Below are positions 37,968 to 50,363 of a stretch of DNA of 64,000 bases, piece by piece. The stretch covers positions 197,136 through 261,135 of the forward strand of contig MU626262.1 in assembly GCA_025603075.1 (NCBI GenBank), written 5' to 3'. A model generated the notes under the pieces. That model was not told the origin of the DNA. It did no database searches and saw nothing but the letters and a program-made list of their open reading frames with translations. How positions within the stretch are numbered: the first letter of the stretch is position 1; the number at the start of each line of letters is the position of its first letter. Both the position numbers and the translations under genes were made by a program. The stretch comes from Neoconidiobolus thromboides FSU 785 (Eukaryota > Fungi > Entomophthoromycota).

Positions 37968-38983
37968 TTACAAGATACTTGGAGACTTACTTTGATTTCT
38001 ACTCTTTTCGAACATAGAGAAATCAAAAGATTTATATTTAACTCGATTCCTTTCCTTTCTTTCACTTTCGATCATTTTTCTACTTTGTTTTATATCATTC
38101 ATAACAGGTACAGTTATCTGAGCAGAAAGCTCGGAAGGTACTAAACTAACCCAAGACTCTCGCTTTATATTTCTGACTTTTGCATCCACCTCTTTTACTT
38201 GAGTATTTGCTATTTCAAGCTTATATAGATATTGTTTTAATTGGTCTTCTAATTGGTTGTTTTCATTTAATTTCTTTTCATACGTATATTCCAATTTATT
38301 TATATCAAATATTTTACCATCAGCTACTAATTGATGCTAAGTAAAAAATAATAATTAGTATATATAAACTATGTTAAAAGCAAGTGATTTACCCTAAGTT
38401 CTTCACATTTAACAATGACTAAAAACATGTTGAAAAAATAAAATAGTCTTAAAATAATGATTATAAAATCAATTAATAGAAATTCTAATTTTATATTAAA
38501 ACTAAAATACAGATTTGGCAGTATTATTAAAATTAAACTTAATAAGTCATAATAGACCCAAAGCCTTTGTTTCATTGCTTTTAATGAGACTGCTTTCATT
38601 GCAAATTCTACCATTAATAGTATTAAAAAAGGTAGTGTTAGTAGCCCGCTATATTTGAAATATTTGAGCCTTAATGAAGCTGAAATAAATGAAAAAAGAA
38701 TCAGTGGTGTTATTTGAAATATCAAATAATAAAGCTTACTCCAAACAAATTCTAGGACAATAACATAAAAATAAAAAATAAATAAATAGAAGCTTATGTA
38801 GTAAAATCTAAAAGACGAAACTAAATAAGGGATATTGTAAGGGTAATCCAGTCTATTTGAAGAATCTATAGTATCTGTGGGCTCTTCTCCATCGGTTCTT
38901 TTATTCAAAGATAAATTGGGATCTAAATAAATGCCACCATGTTTATCAACCCAGAGTTTAATTCTTTGTTTAAAACTAGTCAT
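37968..38983 (-). CDS. Voltage-sensor-domain-only protein with a C-terminal coiled coil (Hv1-like)
   Basis: S2 LMVEFAMK, S3 WVYYDLLS, S4 ILRLFYFFNM. An in-frame intron (about 38337-38392) joins a coiled-coil exon. The 3' end is uncertain. Confidence 0.55.
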
Positions 38984-39124
38984 TCAGTTAGAATATGTAG
39001 AAAAACAAAACAAAAATATAATTTATTTTATTTAAATACAATTATTTATAAATTAATAATAAATGTCAATCTTTACCCAAATCAGAATTTAATTGAAATA
39101 TATTTACAACTTTTTAACATGAAG

Positions 39125-39220
39125 ATGAGTGTTTTTTTGGTTTCATCACTTTTTTACCTTTTAAACACTATTTCAGTGGAGAAATTTTAGTAAAATTATT
39201 AAATGAAAAAAGACATTGGC
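39125..39220 (+). mobile_element. Degraded MITE family A copy
   Basis: GAGTGTTTTTTTGGTTTCATCACTTTTT...TTAGTAAAATT; both ends eroded. Confidence 0.65.
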
Positions 39221-39647
39221 AGTATTTTATTTTTCCTCGATTTTATTATTATTCAAGTTGATCTTTGATTTACATTAAAATAATGCCCCTATAATTAATT
39301 TAATATACTTTCTTAATTGAAATATAAGATTAATCATAGGTGGATTGTTTACTATTTAAAGTAAATTTATTCCGTATCTAATACATTAAAAGCTGGTTTA
39401 TTTCTATTGATAATGTGACGGTTATATTGGATTATAGATATAAATGCGCTAAAGAGAATAGACATATGATATCAGAAGGCTAGGATACTAGTTAATGAAC
39501 AGTTTGAATTAAACAGGGTAAACGCTATGATAGTAAATATTAAACGAAGTAATCTCATTTTGAAAGTGAATCTTAACAAAAGCATCTGTTATATTATCTT
39601 AGTACAAATTATATATATTTCATGTAAATAATGTTACTAAATACGAT

Positions 39648-39743
39648 AAGGGTTTTTTTGGCTTTATTGCTTTTTCTATCTTTCAAGCGCTATTTAGGTG
39701 GAAAAATTCTTAGTAAAATTTCTATACACAAAAATACATTCCC
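39648..39743 (+). mobile_element. MITE family A copy (left end eroded)
   Basis: Core CAAGCGCTATTTAGGTGGAAAAA; right end AATACATTCCC followed by ATAT. Confidence 0.8.
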
Positions 39744-40596
39744 ATATGTTCATCAGCATGTAGTTGGAGAAAAGATAGAATTTTATTGAATTAAATTATA
39801 TGGGATGGTGTACTTTAACTACTTCCATTTAAAAATTATTGCTTCTAAGGGTTTATAAATAGTCATGCTCAAAGGTGAATAAGTTTATATTTTAAACAAT
39901 TAAAATCTTTTATTCAAATTTAATTGAATAAAACGAGTGTCATGATAGAACGTTAAATTGTAAAAAGTGATATAAAAGAATCGTTTCGAGTGGAGTGTAG
40001 ATAAAAGATTGCACATTATCATTTAAAGCAAGTATTTAACACTTTAATTGTGCTTTGCACTTATGTGTAGTAATACATTATTATTAAGGTTGACGAACAT
40101 TTTATAATTTTAAAATACCAGATCCAAGATTTTATATTGGGCTTTATGCATAGTTAATGCTTAAAATTGAGCTGGAGCAGTAGTAACTTTTGCGTCATCT
40201 CCACAGCAGCAAACAATTTAAATAAGCAGTAGATTAGAACAACTTAACAACTGTATTTATTATTATTAGATGGTGACTTCTTTTTCATAGAGCCAAAAAG
40301 TAATAGAAATTAAACTTTGTTATGATATTTTAGAAATATAGTATACAAGATATTATTCTATTCTATTATTATTATTATTTGGTAAAGAAAAATTAATAAT
40401 CAAGTTGAAATAAACACATTGAGATTTTTGGTGGTTTGAAATTTTTTAATAAAAGAGCAAATAAAAAAGAAGCTTCAATTAAAAAATTAAAATCGGAGTA
40501 ATAAAAAAAAGAATAACGATCATTTTCTATAAATTTATATACTTTAATTAATATTAATAAAATTTCAAGTTTTAAATTCGTTAATTCTATTTTATA

Positions 40597-42359
40597 ATGG
40601 ACAGTGATTTGATAGTGACTCTAGTTTATTTCTTAATCATCTTCTTAGGCATCTTGTTCTTTATCGTTTTATATTATATTAGCAATAAAAAGGAGATTGA
40701 GGTTAGAGTGATTGAAAGGATAAATGCGCAGAAAGCGATAGAAACTTTAGTAAACAATGTAGCCAAACAGTTTAGAACCTTAATCGAGTTGCCACTAACA
40801 TGGAAAAAATTTAAATTATTAACCATCATTCAATGTTTATCTTGGTTAATGTTCTTTTTATTCCTATCAAGTATAGCTGTGTTAATAGTAGGTGGGGTCA
40901 ACCAGTCAAACACTTCTCAGTTTCAATTATTAAAAATCGGAACGTTTATTTATGTTTTAAGTTTAAATTTATATTTTATCTCAAGACAGTATATTTATTA
41001 TCAAAAACAAAATTTAACACAACTACACGACCCAAGATTTATTGCTTTGGCTAACACCAATTTCAATCACTTTGAAAGGAACTGGGCTAACTATATGCAA
41101 ATTGCTGTTTTAGGTCTAGAATTTTTACAGTTGTTATCTTTTCCAATTCAAGACATTATCTCTTCAGTTTCAACACCACAAGGGTTTAGAGATAGTAATG
41201 GCGTCGATCCTCAGGCTATTGTTTCAATAGCTTCTCTTTTACCTAATATTTCAGTTCGTTTTTACCTAATCCAGTTTTGGACTTGTATGGGGGTAGTATT
41301 GTTTACTTCATTTACTTCTGTAATATTACACTTTTACAATAATCGTTTCATCCCTGGCATCTCTTTATTTTGGGTCTCTCATCTTGTTCCTTTAGTGGTA
41401 ATTTTAATTTTAATTTAATGTTTCTTATTTTCTAATAAACTTATTTTAGCATGTCGCATATCTGCCCATTTTGGTAAGTATCAAATCTCATTAGACAATA
41501 TTTTTATACCGTTATATTTATAATATTAATTTTATTCAACTAGGTAACCTTTATAAACTCAGCAGCCTGCTTGTTAGGCGATGGAGGAGATAACTCTTCT
41601 TCTGTAACTCAACTATTAAAATGTGAAAGACAAGTCGTTCAGCCCCAATTATATTTATGGTTATCTTTACTTGGATTTACATTAGCTTACCTTATGTTAA
41701 CTGTATTTGTTACTTCTTACGAACGTAAACCACTAGAAGGAGATATTGAATTTAAGTCAAAAGGAGTAGCTTTTATTAAAAATATGAGTAGGATTATGTC
41801 TATTTGGTTATTATTTAACTAAGTCAATTAATTAGGTTTGCTGCTTACTATTGATTTTACTTTAATACCCGTAGAATATACAAAGCTAAAAGGTGTATTT
41901 TCTGTTATTATATTAACTGCTGTTGTAATTTATTCTATACATTCTAGACCATGCTATGTATCACAGGTATGCTGTTTTATATTTTATTCAATAGTAGATA
42001 ATAATTAACGATAATAGATAAATTATTGGCGTACAATTGGGTTTTGTTGTATATTGTGGTCTGCATTACCAGTAGCCATATTAGACTTAAAGTCCATTGG
42101 TATCATAGCAATTGTCATCATTATACTATCAGGGTGGGTTTTTATATTATTCTTAAGCTTGCTTGGCCGATATTGTACCTCTTCTAATTTAATTACTACT
42201 CCTATACAGCCTGTTTTAACTGTTTCTCAGAATAATACAGATATGACTCAAAACGAAGATTACATTAATCATAGAGTTCCCCTTAAAGGTCAATCTAAAC
42301 TTATTTTAGGAGATTCTACGCTGGAAAGAATTTCTTACATTCTTAATGAAAAGGCTTGA
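40597..42359 (+). CDS. Multi-pass membrane protein of unknown function, about 4 introns
   Basis: Joined exons give about 10-12 hydrophobic segments (LEFLQLLSFP, CERQ..LYLWLSLLGF, RPCYVSQINYWR); family not recognised. Confidence 0.6.
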
Positions 42360-42564
42360 TTTCAGTGATTTGATATGGTATTATAATGTATTATCTTATA
42401 TAGACTTATTGTCATTTTCTATCTAATTTAACAAATAGTAAATTTTGTATTATATGTATTATTAATATCGTATTATTTGTAATTTCTAAATATATGATCA
42501 TATTAATAAAGTGTATTTAAAATATTTACTTGCTTTATTAAATAATCTATTTAATTATAGAATA

Positions 42565-43938
42565 TTAATTAAAAACATCCATGCTTATCCCTTCTCTTTT
42601 CTTTAAACTTAAAACTCTAATGATACAGAAAAGTAAGAAGCTCATTCCTGACATACCAATAGAATAATAAATTAAATAATTGTAATTGCGACTCTTATCA
42701 AATATTAATCCAGCTAAAGAAGGACCAGCAAGATCCCCAAGTCCAGTAGGCGCATAGGCAATACCTAAAATAGTAGCTAGATTTTGAGTCCCAAAGAGTT
42801 CAGCACAAGCAGTAGTAAACCCACCTGCAAATCCACCATTGGGTAAGCCAAATAAAACTGCAAAGACTAAAAGGGTGGTATAGCTTGAAGCAAAATTCCA
42901 AATGAGTAAAAAAGCAGTTGAAGCACCTAGACACCCAATAAATACATTGAGATGACCTAAATGATCACTAATGACTCCTAAGAAGACTCTACCAACAGCG
43001 GACATACCATTGATAATGGCTAAAAGAGTAGCACCCTGTTGCTTTGTATGTCCCATATCCGTGGTATAATTAGGAATATAATAAAGTGGCACTAAATAAC
43101 CAAAGCTAGCAAACATCATTGCAAACATGAATAAAATAAATTTCAAGTTAACTAAAGGTTTTAAACTTGTCTTTTCTTGAGTTTGTTTTTCCAAGTTAAA
43201 TGGGATACGTGGCTTAACCACAAGTGCTGAAAATACTAATAAAACGAAATATATGATTGCATTATATCTTAAGGTCCATGCATAGCCTACTGTGGATAGC
43301 AAATATTCATTTAAAAGTGCAAATATCAATCCTCCTACTCCAGAACCTGCTGTACCAAACCCTACTGCTACTCCCCTTCTTTTTTCAAACCATTGAATGA
43401 CTACTGAGTTTGCTGGTACATAAATCAATGCTCCTCCTACACCAAAGATAAACCCTTGTGTTATTATCAGGTGCCAGATCTAGTTTTAGAAATTAATATT
43501 AATATTAGTAAGTGAATAAATAATCTTTACCTCAGTAGAAAATGAAGCCAGCACATGGGAAACTGCAATAATGGCTCCTCCTATTAAGGTACAAATTCTA
43601 AACCCATAGCGATCGCATAAATTGCCAGTAATAATTGAAGATATGGCTAATGTTGTAGGTGCCACTGTGCCAATTAGAGAAATGTATGCTTTCTCACTTT
43701 TTGGGAATACAGTGTTAGAATAATGCTCAATGTATACACCAAAGGCGTTCGCTATCCCAAATGAGCAAGCTTGCATTAAAAAGCTTGCTAGTACTACTAA
43801 CCAGCCATAAAGACTATCAGGTTCTGGAGCGAACGTTTCTTTTGATGCTATTGCTTTAACTTCTTCCGTCTTCAATTTTGAGTCTAAACTGTTCACCGTT
43901 GATGTACGATATATTGTATCAATTGTTGTTTGTTCCAT
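42565..43938 (-). CDS. MFS monocarboxylate porter family (MCT/Mch-like), 1 intron
   Basis: PDSLYGWLVVLASF, GNLCDRYGFR, QWFEKRRGVAVG.GTAGSGVGG, GRVFLGVISDHLG. Confidence 0.88.
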
Positions 43939-44717
43939 TTTTATATGGTTTAAAAAGTGAAGAAAAATTTAAAAGAATAAATGTGAGAGAATAAAGGAAT
44001 TTGTTATTTATATCAGCTCTTATCTCACATCCTTTTTCTTTTTGTATTAAAGGCCGAGCAGTATAACTCGTTATCTAATATTTGTGCTTCTTTTTTGAGT
44101 TTTGGCTAGGGTTAGGCCACTTTTTCACTTTACTCTTAATTCTTAAGCTGATAATTAGGAATAAATGGGCAATAAAAAAATCTGAATAATGGATTTAGTC
44201 ATTTGTATTGGTGTAACTTATCTATAAACCCAATAGTTAAGCTTTGGTAAATTAATAAAGATGACAATAAATACTGCCCAATTATTCATATTATATCGGC
44301 ATTTAAAACTTATTTAGTAGTTTAATATTATTAAAGTAAATTAAGGGTTATTACTAAGATTTACAGAATTTAATAAAATAAATAGCATGATGTTTATTTT
44401 ATAGTTATTTTATCCATTTTTAAAAAATACTAATGGATTACTTAGCCATCCTTTATTTGTATTATTGCTATTTTATAATTGATTTTATTATTTATTAATA
44501 CCAATATTATTTTCTTTTGCAAATAATATTAGAAAAAAACTAATGAAACAAAGTTAAAATCAACCAAAATTAAATAAGCACAAAATAACAATACTTTAAT
44601 AAACACTAGTTTGATATAAAATGTGGGGTTGTTATAACGTAAATCAACAAAAAAACTTAATTCATTTTTTCTTAATATTTTCGTTATCTTTATTTAATCT
44701 TAGACAAACACGAAAAA

Positions 44718-45197
44718 ATGCTTCAACTTAATAGATTCTGCTTATTTATACTATTGTTATCCACCAATCTAATATTATGTGACAGTACAGTCCCAGACCC
44801 ATTACCAGAGATATGTTATAGCGGCGGAGTATTAACTAATCCATGCAAAGGAACCAGCTGTGCCCCGTGCTGGGTACAACAACCGGATGGCAAATGGGCA
44901 TGTTATGATTATCTAGCAGATGGCTCTTGCCAATGGGGAGAAGACGTTGGTAATCGAGTCAAAAATAGAAATAGCCCAAATAGCTCCAATAATTCAAATA
45001 ATAATGGTAATAGCAATGATAATGGGTCTGTTACCGTCATTACAGAAGCTGGTCATGATGGCGCTACTACTGTTACAGCTAGGAAGGTTTCGTCAACTAA
45101 ATTAGTGATAGTGACTAAAACTATTTCTGCGGGTTTTGGTCATTCAGTGGATGCTCTTTATTTCTATTTGTTGGTTGCAATATTAATTTGTTTTTAA
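44718..45197 (+). CDS. Small secreted Cys-rich protein with a likely GPI-anchor signal
   Basis: Hydrophobic N-terminal signal, 6-Cys aromatic-rich module, N/S/T-rich linker, C-terminal hydrophobic tail after SAG. Confidence 0.7.
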   Translation: MLQLNRFCLFILLLSTNLILCDSTVPDPLPEICYSGGVLTNPCKGTSCAPCWVQQPDGKWACYDYLADGSCQWGEDVGNRVKNRNSPNSSNNSNNNGNSNDNGSVTVITEAGHDGATTVTARKVSSTKLVIVTKTISAGFGHSVDALYFYLLVAILICF

Positions 45198-45497
45198 TAA
45201 ACTATTTATATTAAATCTACTTCATTATTGACATAAATATAGTCCACAAATTATATATGGTCAATCGAATAATATATAATGTACTATATCCACCATATAT
45301 TAAAAAAATTACATTAGTAATTAAATATGCTATATGATTCACGTTTATTTTAATGCTATTCAACGGATAAATGAAAAATTGTTTTTTAAGTAATGTTATA
45401 AGATTGTTTACTAAAATAGTAAATAACATTAACTAGTTAAAGTCAAAATTCAATTTAACTATATTTTATTTTATTATTATTATTATATTTTAGTATT

Positions 45498-46814
45498 TTA
45501 ACTCATATAAAAAGTTATGGATATATTTGTTTACAACCGTTGAATTCACGAAATGAATCCAATGACCTCCATTTTCCACATACTATAAATTCAATATTAA
45601 TATTGTATAAATAATGATAAAGATACTAACTTTGGTAGTGATATCCCTGATGAATCTAATATAGGTATCAGCAGTAGCACTCAAAAAGTCATTTTGACCT
45701 AAGATCTAATTAAGTGGGTAATTAGATCTTTTACGTTGATAAATAATCAATACTAAATTTACCTGCAATGATTTTACTAGAATATTTAAATTGGGCTTTT
45801 TTAAATCGTTACTGTCATTTAGCTTACTTGTACGATACCAATTAATAGAGTTATTAAATCCTTGGATTGAATACTGACTGTGTAAATAGTGCATGAACTA
45901 ATTGTAAATAAATTATCCGTTATATGTTATTGCCACAATTACCTTTTCATCAGGATAAATATCGTCTGTTTTATTTAAAGTATCATAGTACTCAAGTAAA
46001 CTCATATTTAAAGGTACCTGTACTCTTTTATCGCTAAGTTTGCTTTTGTTAGTGGCCCAAAACATTTTTAATACTTTATCAATATTATTATTAAATTCAG
46101 TTATATTTCCTTGATTTAACGCCACCTAATAATATACAGTAAGTATATATTCACATCCATGTAGTATTACTAGTTATTACTTGATACCCGTAAACTGGGT
46201 TTATAATAGCTTTTTCTAACTCTGTTTTTGGAGTACTTAAATTAGGCGTATAAGGTGAAGAGAAAGAAATAAATCCTTTAACATAATTCGGAAATTTATA
46301 AGCTAATTCCCACCCCAATTTACTACCCCAATTATGGCCGATAACAACCACTTTATCTTTTTTTAATTGTTTGACTATATGTATTACATCATTTGATAAC
46401 CTATCAAAAGTATAATACTCCAAATCGTTTTTTATGACTGTGGTGCCATATCCTGCCATATCTAAAGAAATGGCTCGATAGTTTAATTTGTTAACTAAAT
46501 AGTCAATTTGATACTTCCAGGTATACCAGGACTAAATAGAAAGTATTAGAAATAGTAAATTGTAAAAAACAAAATTTTACTTCTGGAAAACCATGTAATA
46601 GTACTACTAATGGTGCTTCACATGGACCTTGATCTACATAATCTACATTGAAACAATAATGGCGTTAATATTTGAGCTTGAAACAATATTCTATAGTATT
46701 ACGATAGATACCACTTGGTAATTGAATGTATTTATGATTAAAAGAGCTTGGATCACTAATGTTAAAGGCAGATATATACGTTATAAATACAGTTAATAGC
46801 AACTTGAGCCACAT
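45498..46814 (-). CDS. Epoxide-hydrolase-like alpha/beta hydrolase, paralog 1 (signal peptide; nucleophile Asp replaced by Asn), multi-exon
   Basis: LLHGFPE, DMAGYG, GHNWG, YGYQ, NWYR, GGHWIH; N-terminus MWLKLLLTVFITYISA. Confidence 0.85.
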
Positions 46815-47540
46815 TTTAAATGATTAAAAAAGGATTTAAGGTTTTTTTGGTTGATGTTTTATCCAATTTTTGTTTATATATTTTTTTCGATTCAGCCTTA
46901 AATGTTAGCTTTTTTTGTACTTTGATTTAAAGCTGTTAATAAAATGATATCTTGCATCGCATTAAAAATATTTTAATTGGGATTTATTAAAGTAAATATA
47001 TCGCTTTTAATATTGTTTATTATTAACTTATCTAAACAATATTAAAGTTAGTACTATTTATTGCCTTATTTTTATTTAAAACTAATCCATTAATTATATG
47101 ATATTTCCTATCATATTTATTGATAAATTTTAAAATATGTCGAAAAGGATAGATTATTCTTCTTGATACAGTTAGATATTAATTTATTTAATTTTGCTCC
47201 TTTAATTTGTTTTAATTTTTATTATTAAAAGTAGATGTCCACTTATAACATTTGAACCTTAAATCTACTTATCTTTAAATAGTCATTTATCTGTTTATTA
47301 ATATTGTTTCTACTTAAAATGCTTGAAGAATAAGTCATTTACTATCATTTGATCGCAATATTAAACTAAACCTCTAATGGTAATGAATAAAAGAAAGGTA
47401 ATTGTGATGTTTAGATTATTATGGTGAGTATAATTGAAATAAAAAAAGTGATAAGGTTCAACTCAACATAATCAAACCAAAATGCCAAAAATGCAAATTA
47501 ACATTATATTAAATTTTTAGTTACTGTAATACAACAAATT

Positions 47541-47634
47541 GCTCCTGTAGCAAAGTGGTTTAATGCGTCGTGCTTATAAGTAAAATTATACCTTAGACAC
47601 GCGAAGGTCGCGGGTTCGATCCCCGCCAGGAGCA
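47541..47634 (+). tRNA. tRNA-Ile: tRNA-Ile(TAT) with a 20-nt intron (47579-47598)
   Basis: Acceptor stem GCTCCTG/CAGGAGC, anticodon arm TCGTG-CT TAT A-intron-A-CGCGA, T arm GCGGG TTCGATC CCCGC; organised like yeast tI(UAU). Confidence 0.92.
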
Positions 47635-48034
47635 TATAATTTTATTATTTTTAACGTTGATTTAACTAAATTTACTCAGATTCAATCTTGAATGGTGGAA
47701 AACATACTTTTATATGATGCTTACAAAAGCAATTGGACATTCAGATTTTAATTTTTTTTGTAAAATTAAAAATATTTACATATTCATGGTTAGCAGGATT
47801 ATTTTACTATATTTTTTAAAATTTCAAAAACTCCTTTCAACCTAATAATGACGTGACGTTTTTGATCCAGTAACGTAGACATGATTGAAATCAGTATAAA
47901 AATTCGAGATTTCGATTAAAATGATAGTAAAAAGAAAGAACATTTAAATCCAAAAATAGCAATAGTATTAGAATTAATCTTTGATTGAGTTTTTATTTCT
48001 CTTTTATATATATTCGAAATCAATTTAAGAAAAA

Positions 48035-49315
48035 ATGCTACTTCAATTTAATGTAGATGACCCTAAATCTTATCATCATAAAGACATTCAAATAAAAGAC
48101 AAAGTATATCGTAAGCATTAGTTTATCTAAGCACAAAAGTATAAACCGAAGTTTTAGATTATGTTGAGGAGGGTATAGGAAATGGTCCTTATGTGCTGTT
48201 AATCCACGGTTTTCCCGAAGTAATAAGAATTTGTTTTCAAATACTACTTTTATTCTTTTGTTTTATAGTCTTGGTATTCATGGAAGTATCAAATTGAGTT
48301 TTTAGTAAAAAAGGGCTATCGTATAGTTGCTTTTGATATGCCAGGCTATGGTCAAACTAAAGTAGAAGATAACTTGGAAAATTATACTTTTAAAACAATT
48401 GCTGAAGATATTTATCAAATTTTCATAAACCATTTTAAACAAAATAAAGTGTTTGTTATCGCTCATGATTGGGGTAGTTTCGTAGGTTGGGAGTTAGCAT
48501 ATCGTTATCCTGAAAATATATTAGGATACATTAGTTTGAGTATCCCATATACACCCAGTCGAGGTAAGCCAAAGACTGAAAGAGAGAAAGCCGAAGCAAA
48601 CCCAGTACTTGGTTATCAAGTAAGTGCTATCGAATATTATAATATCTTTCAATTTATTTTAAGGTTGCTTTGAACGAAGGGAATATCGAAGAGTTTGATA
48701 AAAATATCGAAAAGTTTCTCAAATCCTTTTATATTAAAGTGGGAAATTTCAGGGGATCTAACTATCTCCATGTTCCATTAAACAAGTCCCTTTTTGAACA
48801 TTTTGACTCATTTGATACTTCGAAATCGGAATATATTGATGACAATGTAATCTTTTTTATATGATCGAACAACTAATCATATCAATTTTTTATAGTATTT
48901 GAACTATTTAATCAGCCAATTTAAAATACAAGGTACAAAAGGTCCAACTAATTGGTATCGTACAAGTAAATTAAATGGGATTGTTGATCAGCAAAAACCA
49001 CATTTTGATATCAAAATAAAGTGTTTACAGGTATGAGTTTTAAACATATTACTTGATATATCAACGTAATAATGTCATTATTATAGATTTTAGGTACTAA
49101 AGATTTTGCAACTGCATTTAAGGATTATGGAAAAGATTATTTAAAAGATTGTTCCACTGAGGTATTGGGTAATAAAGTTATTTTTTTACTGATATTTTAT
49201 ATTTTAGGTAATCCATGGCGGACACTGGATTCATTATTTTGATCATGTTAAAGTGAACTCTTTGATTGAAAAGTTTTTAACCAAGACTGCAATTTCTAAA
49301 CAAAATAAATTATAA
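48035..49315 (+). CDS. Epoxide-hydrolase-like alpha/beta hydrolase, paralog 2 (canonical HDWG; ends NKL), multi-exon
   Basis: LIHGFPE, DMPGYG, AHDWG, LGYQ, NWYR, GGHWIH; no signal peptide. Confidence 0.87.
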
Positions 49316-49634
49316 CTTTTTATCGAACTATTCCAGTTATTGATTTTCTCTTTTCATAAAGTTTTATATTCGTCCATTACGACTTTAAAGTCTGGGTTAT
49401 ATAATATCCATCAACTATGTTTTTTAATTGTTTAATTAAACTATAATACTGGGTGGATAGGTATTATAGGTGTTAGTAAAATCTTAAGTTTGAAATTTGA
49501 TCTGAAGATAATATAAAAATACTAACACATCAAACAAAAATTATTGATAAAGCGCTAATTCTTTATATTATATTAAGTTGTTGTAGTTTGAAAATAATAT
49601 TAAATAGACATGGCTATTCTAAAATTCAAGGTTT

Positions 49635-49731
49635 GGGGATGTTTTCTGGCTTCATTACTTTTTCCATCTTTTAAGCATTATTTGAGTGAAAAGATTGTTA
49701 GTAAAATTGTTAAACACAAAAATACATCCCC
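49635..49731 (+). mobile_element. MITE family A copy
   Basis: GGGGATGTTTT...AATACATCCCC; flanks GTTT/ATTT. Confidence 0.85.
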
Positions 49732-50363
49732 ATTTCCTATTAAGTTTATAGTTTGAGTTGTCATATTTTTCAACCAATAGTTTATTTCCAAAAAATGAGA
49801 CAAAATTACTAATATTATTTTAAATAAACTCAAAAAAGATTCCAAGACTTTTAACCCTTTTATAAATTTCTCTTTAAATTTTCATTATCAACAAACTGCT
49901 AATGATATATCTTCAATATTTTCAAACAAAGTATTTAAAATAAATAATTAAATAGCAATAAACTCAAAGAACATTATCTTAAAAAGTAGCTTAGTCATTA
50001 CTTCACTTGATTGATATTAAAATATGCATTAACTTATGCAGAAATTTAAACTAATAAAAACTATTTTTGAGATTATATGATTTGAATGAAAAAACTGAAC
50101 TTAAGTTTAAATTGTTTATTTCTTCGAATTTGATTTGATTTACTAAAAGACTATATAAGTAATCTATATTAGTGAATCTATTGAAACTAAGCAAACAAAG
50201 CACTCCTCCAAAAAGTCTTAAGGTATTTAATTAATACTGTTCTATTTAATTTCTCACTATTTAGAGGGCGATATTTTTGTTAAATCCCCTTATCGTTAAA
50301 TTTTTAATTTATACTGATAATGATTTTATTTTTTACTTAAATTACTTTTTAATACTAAAAAGA

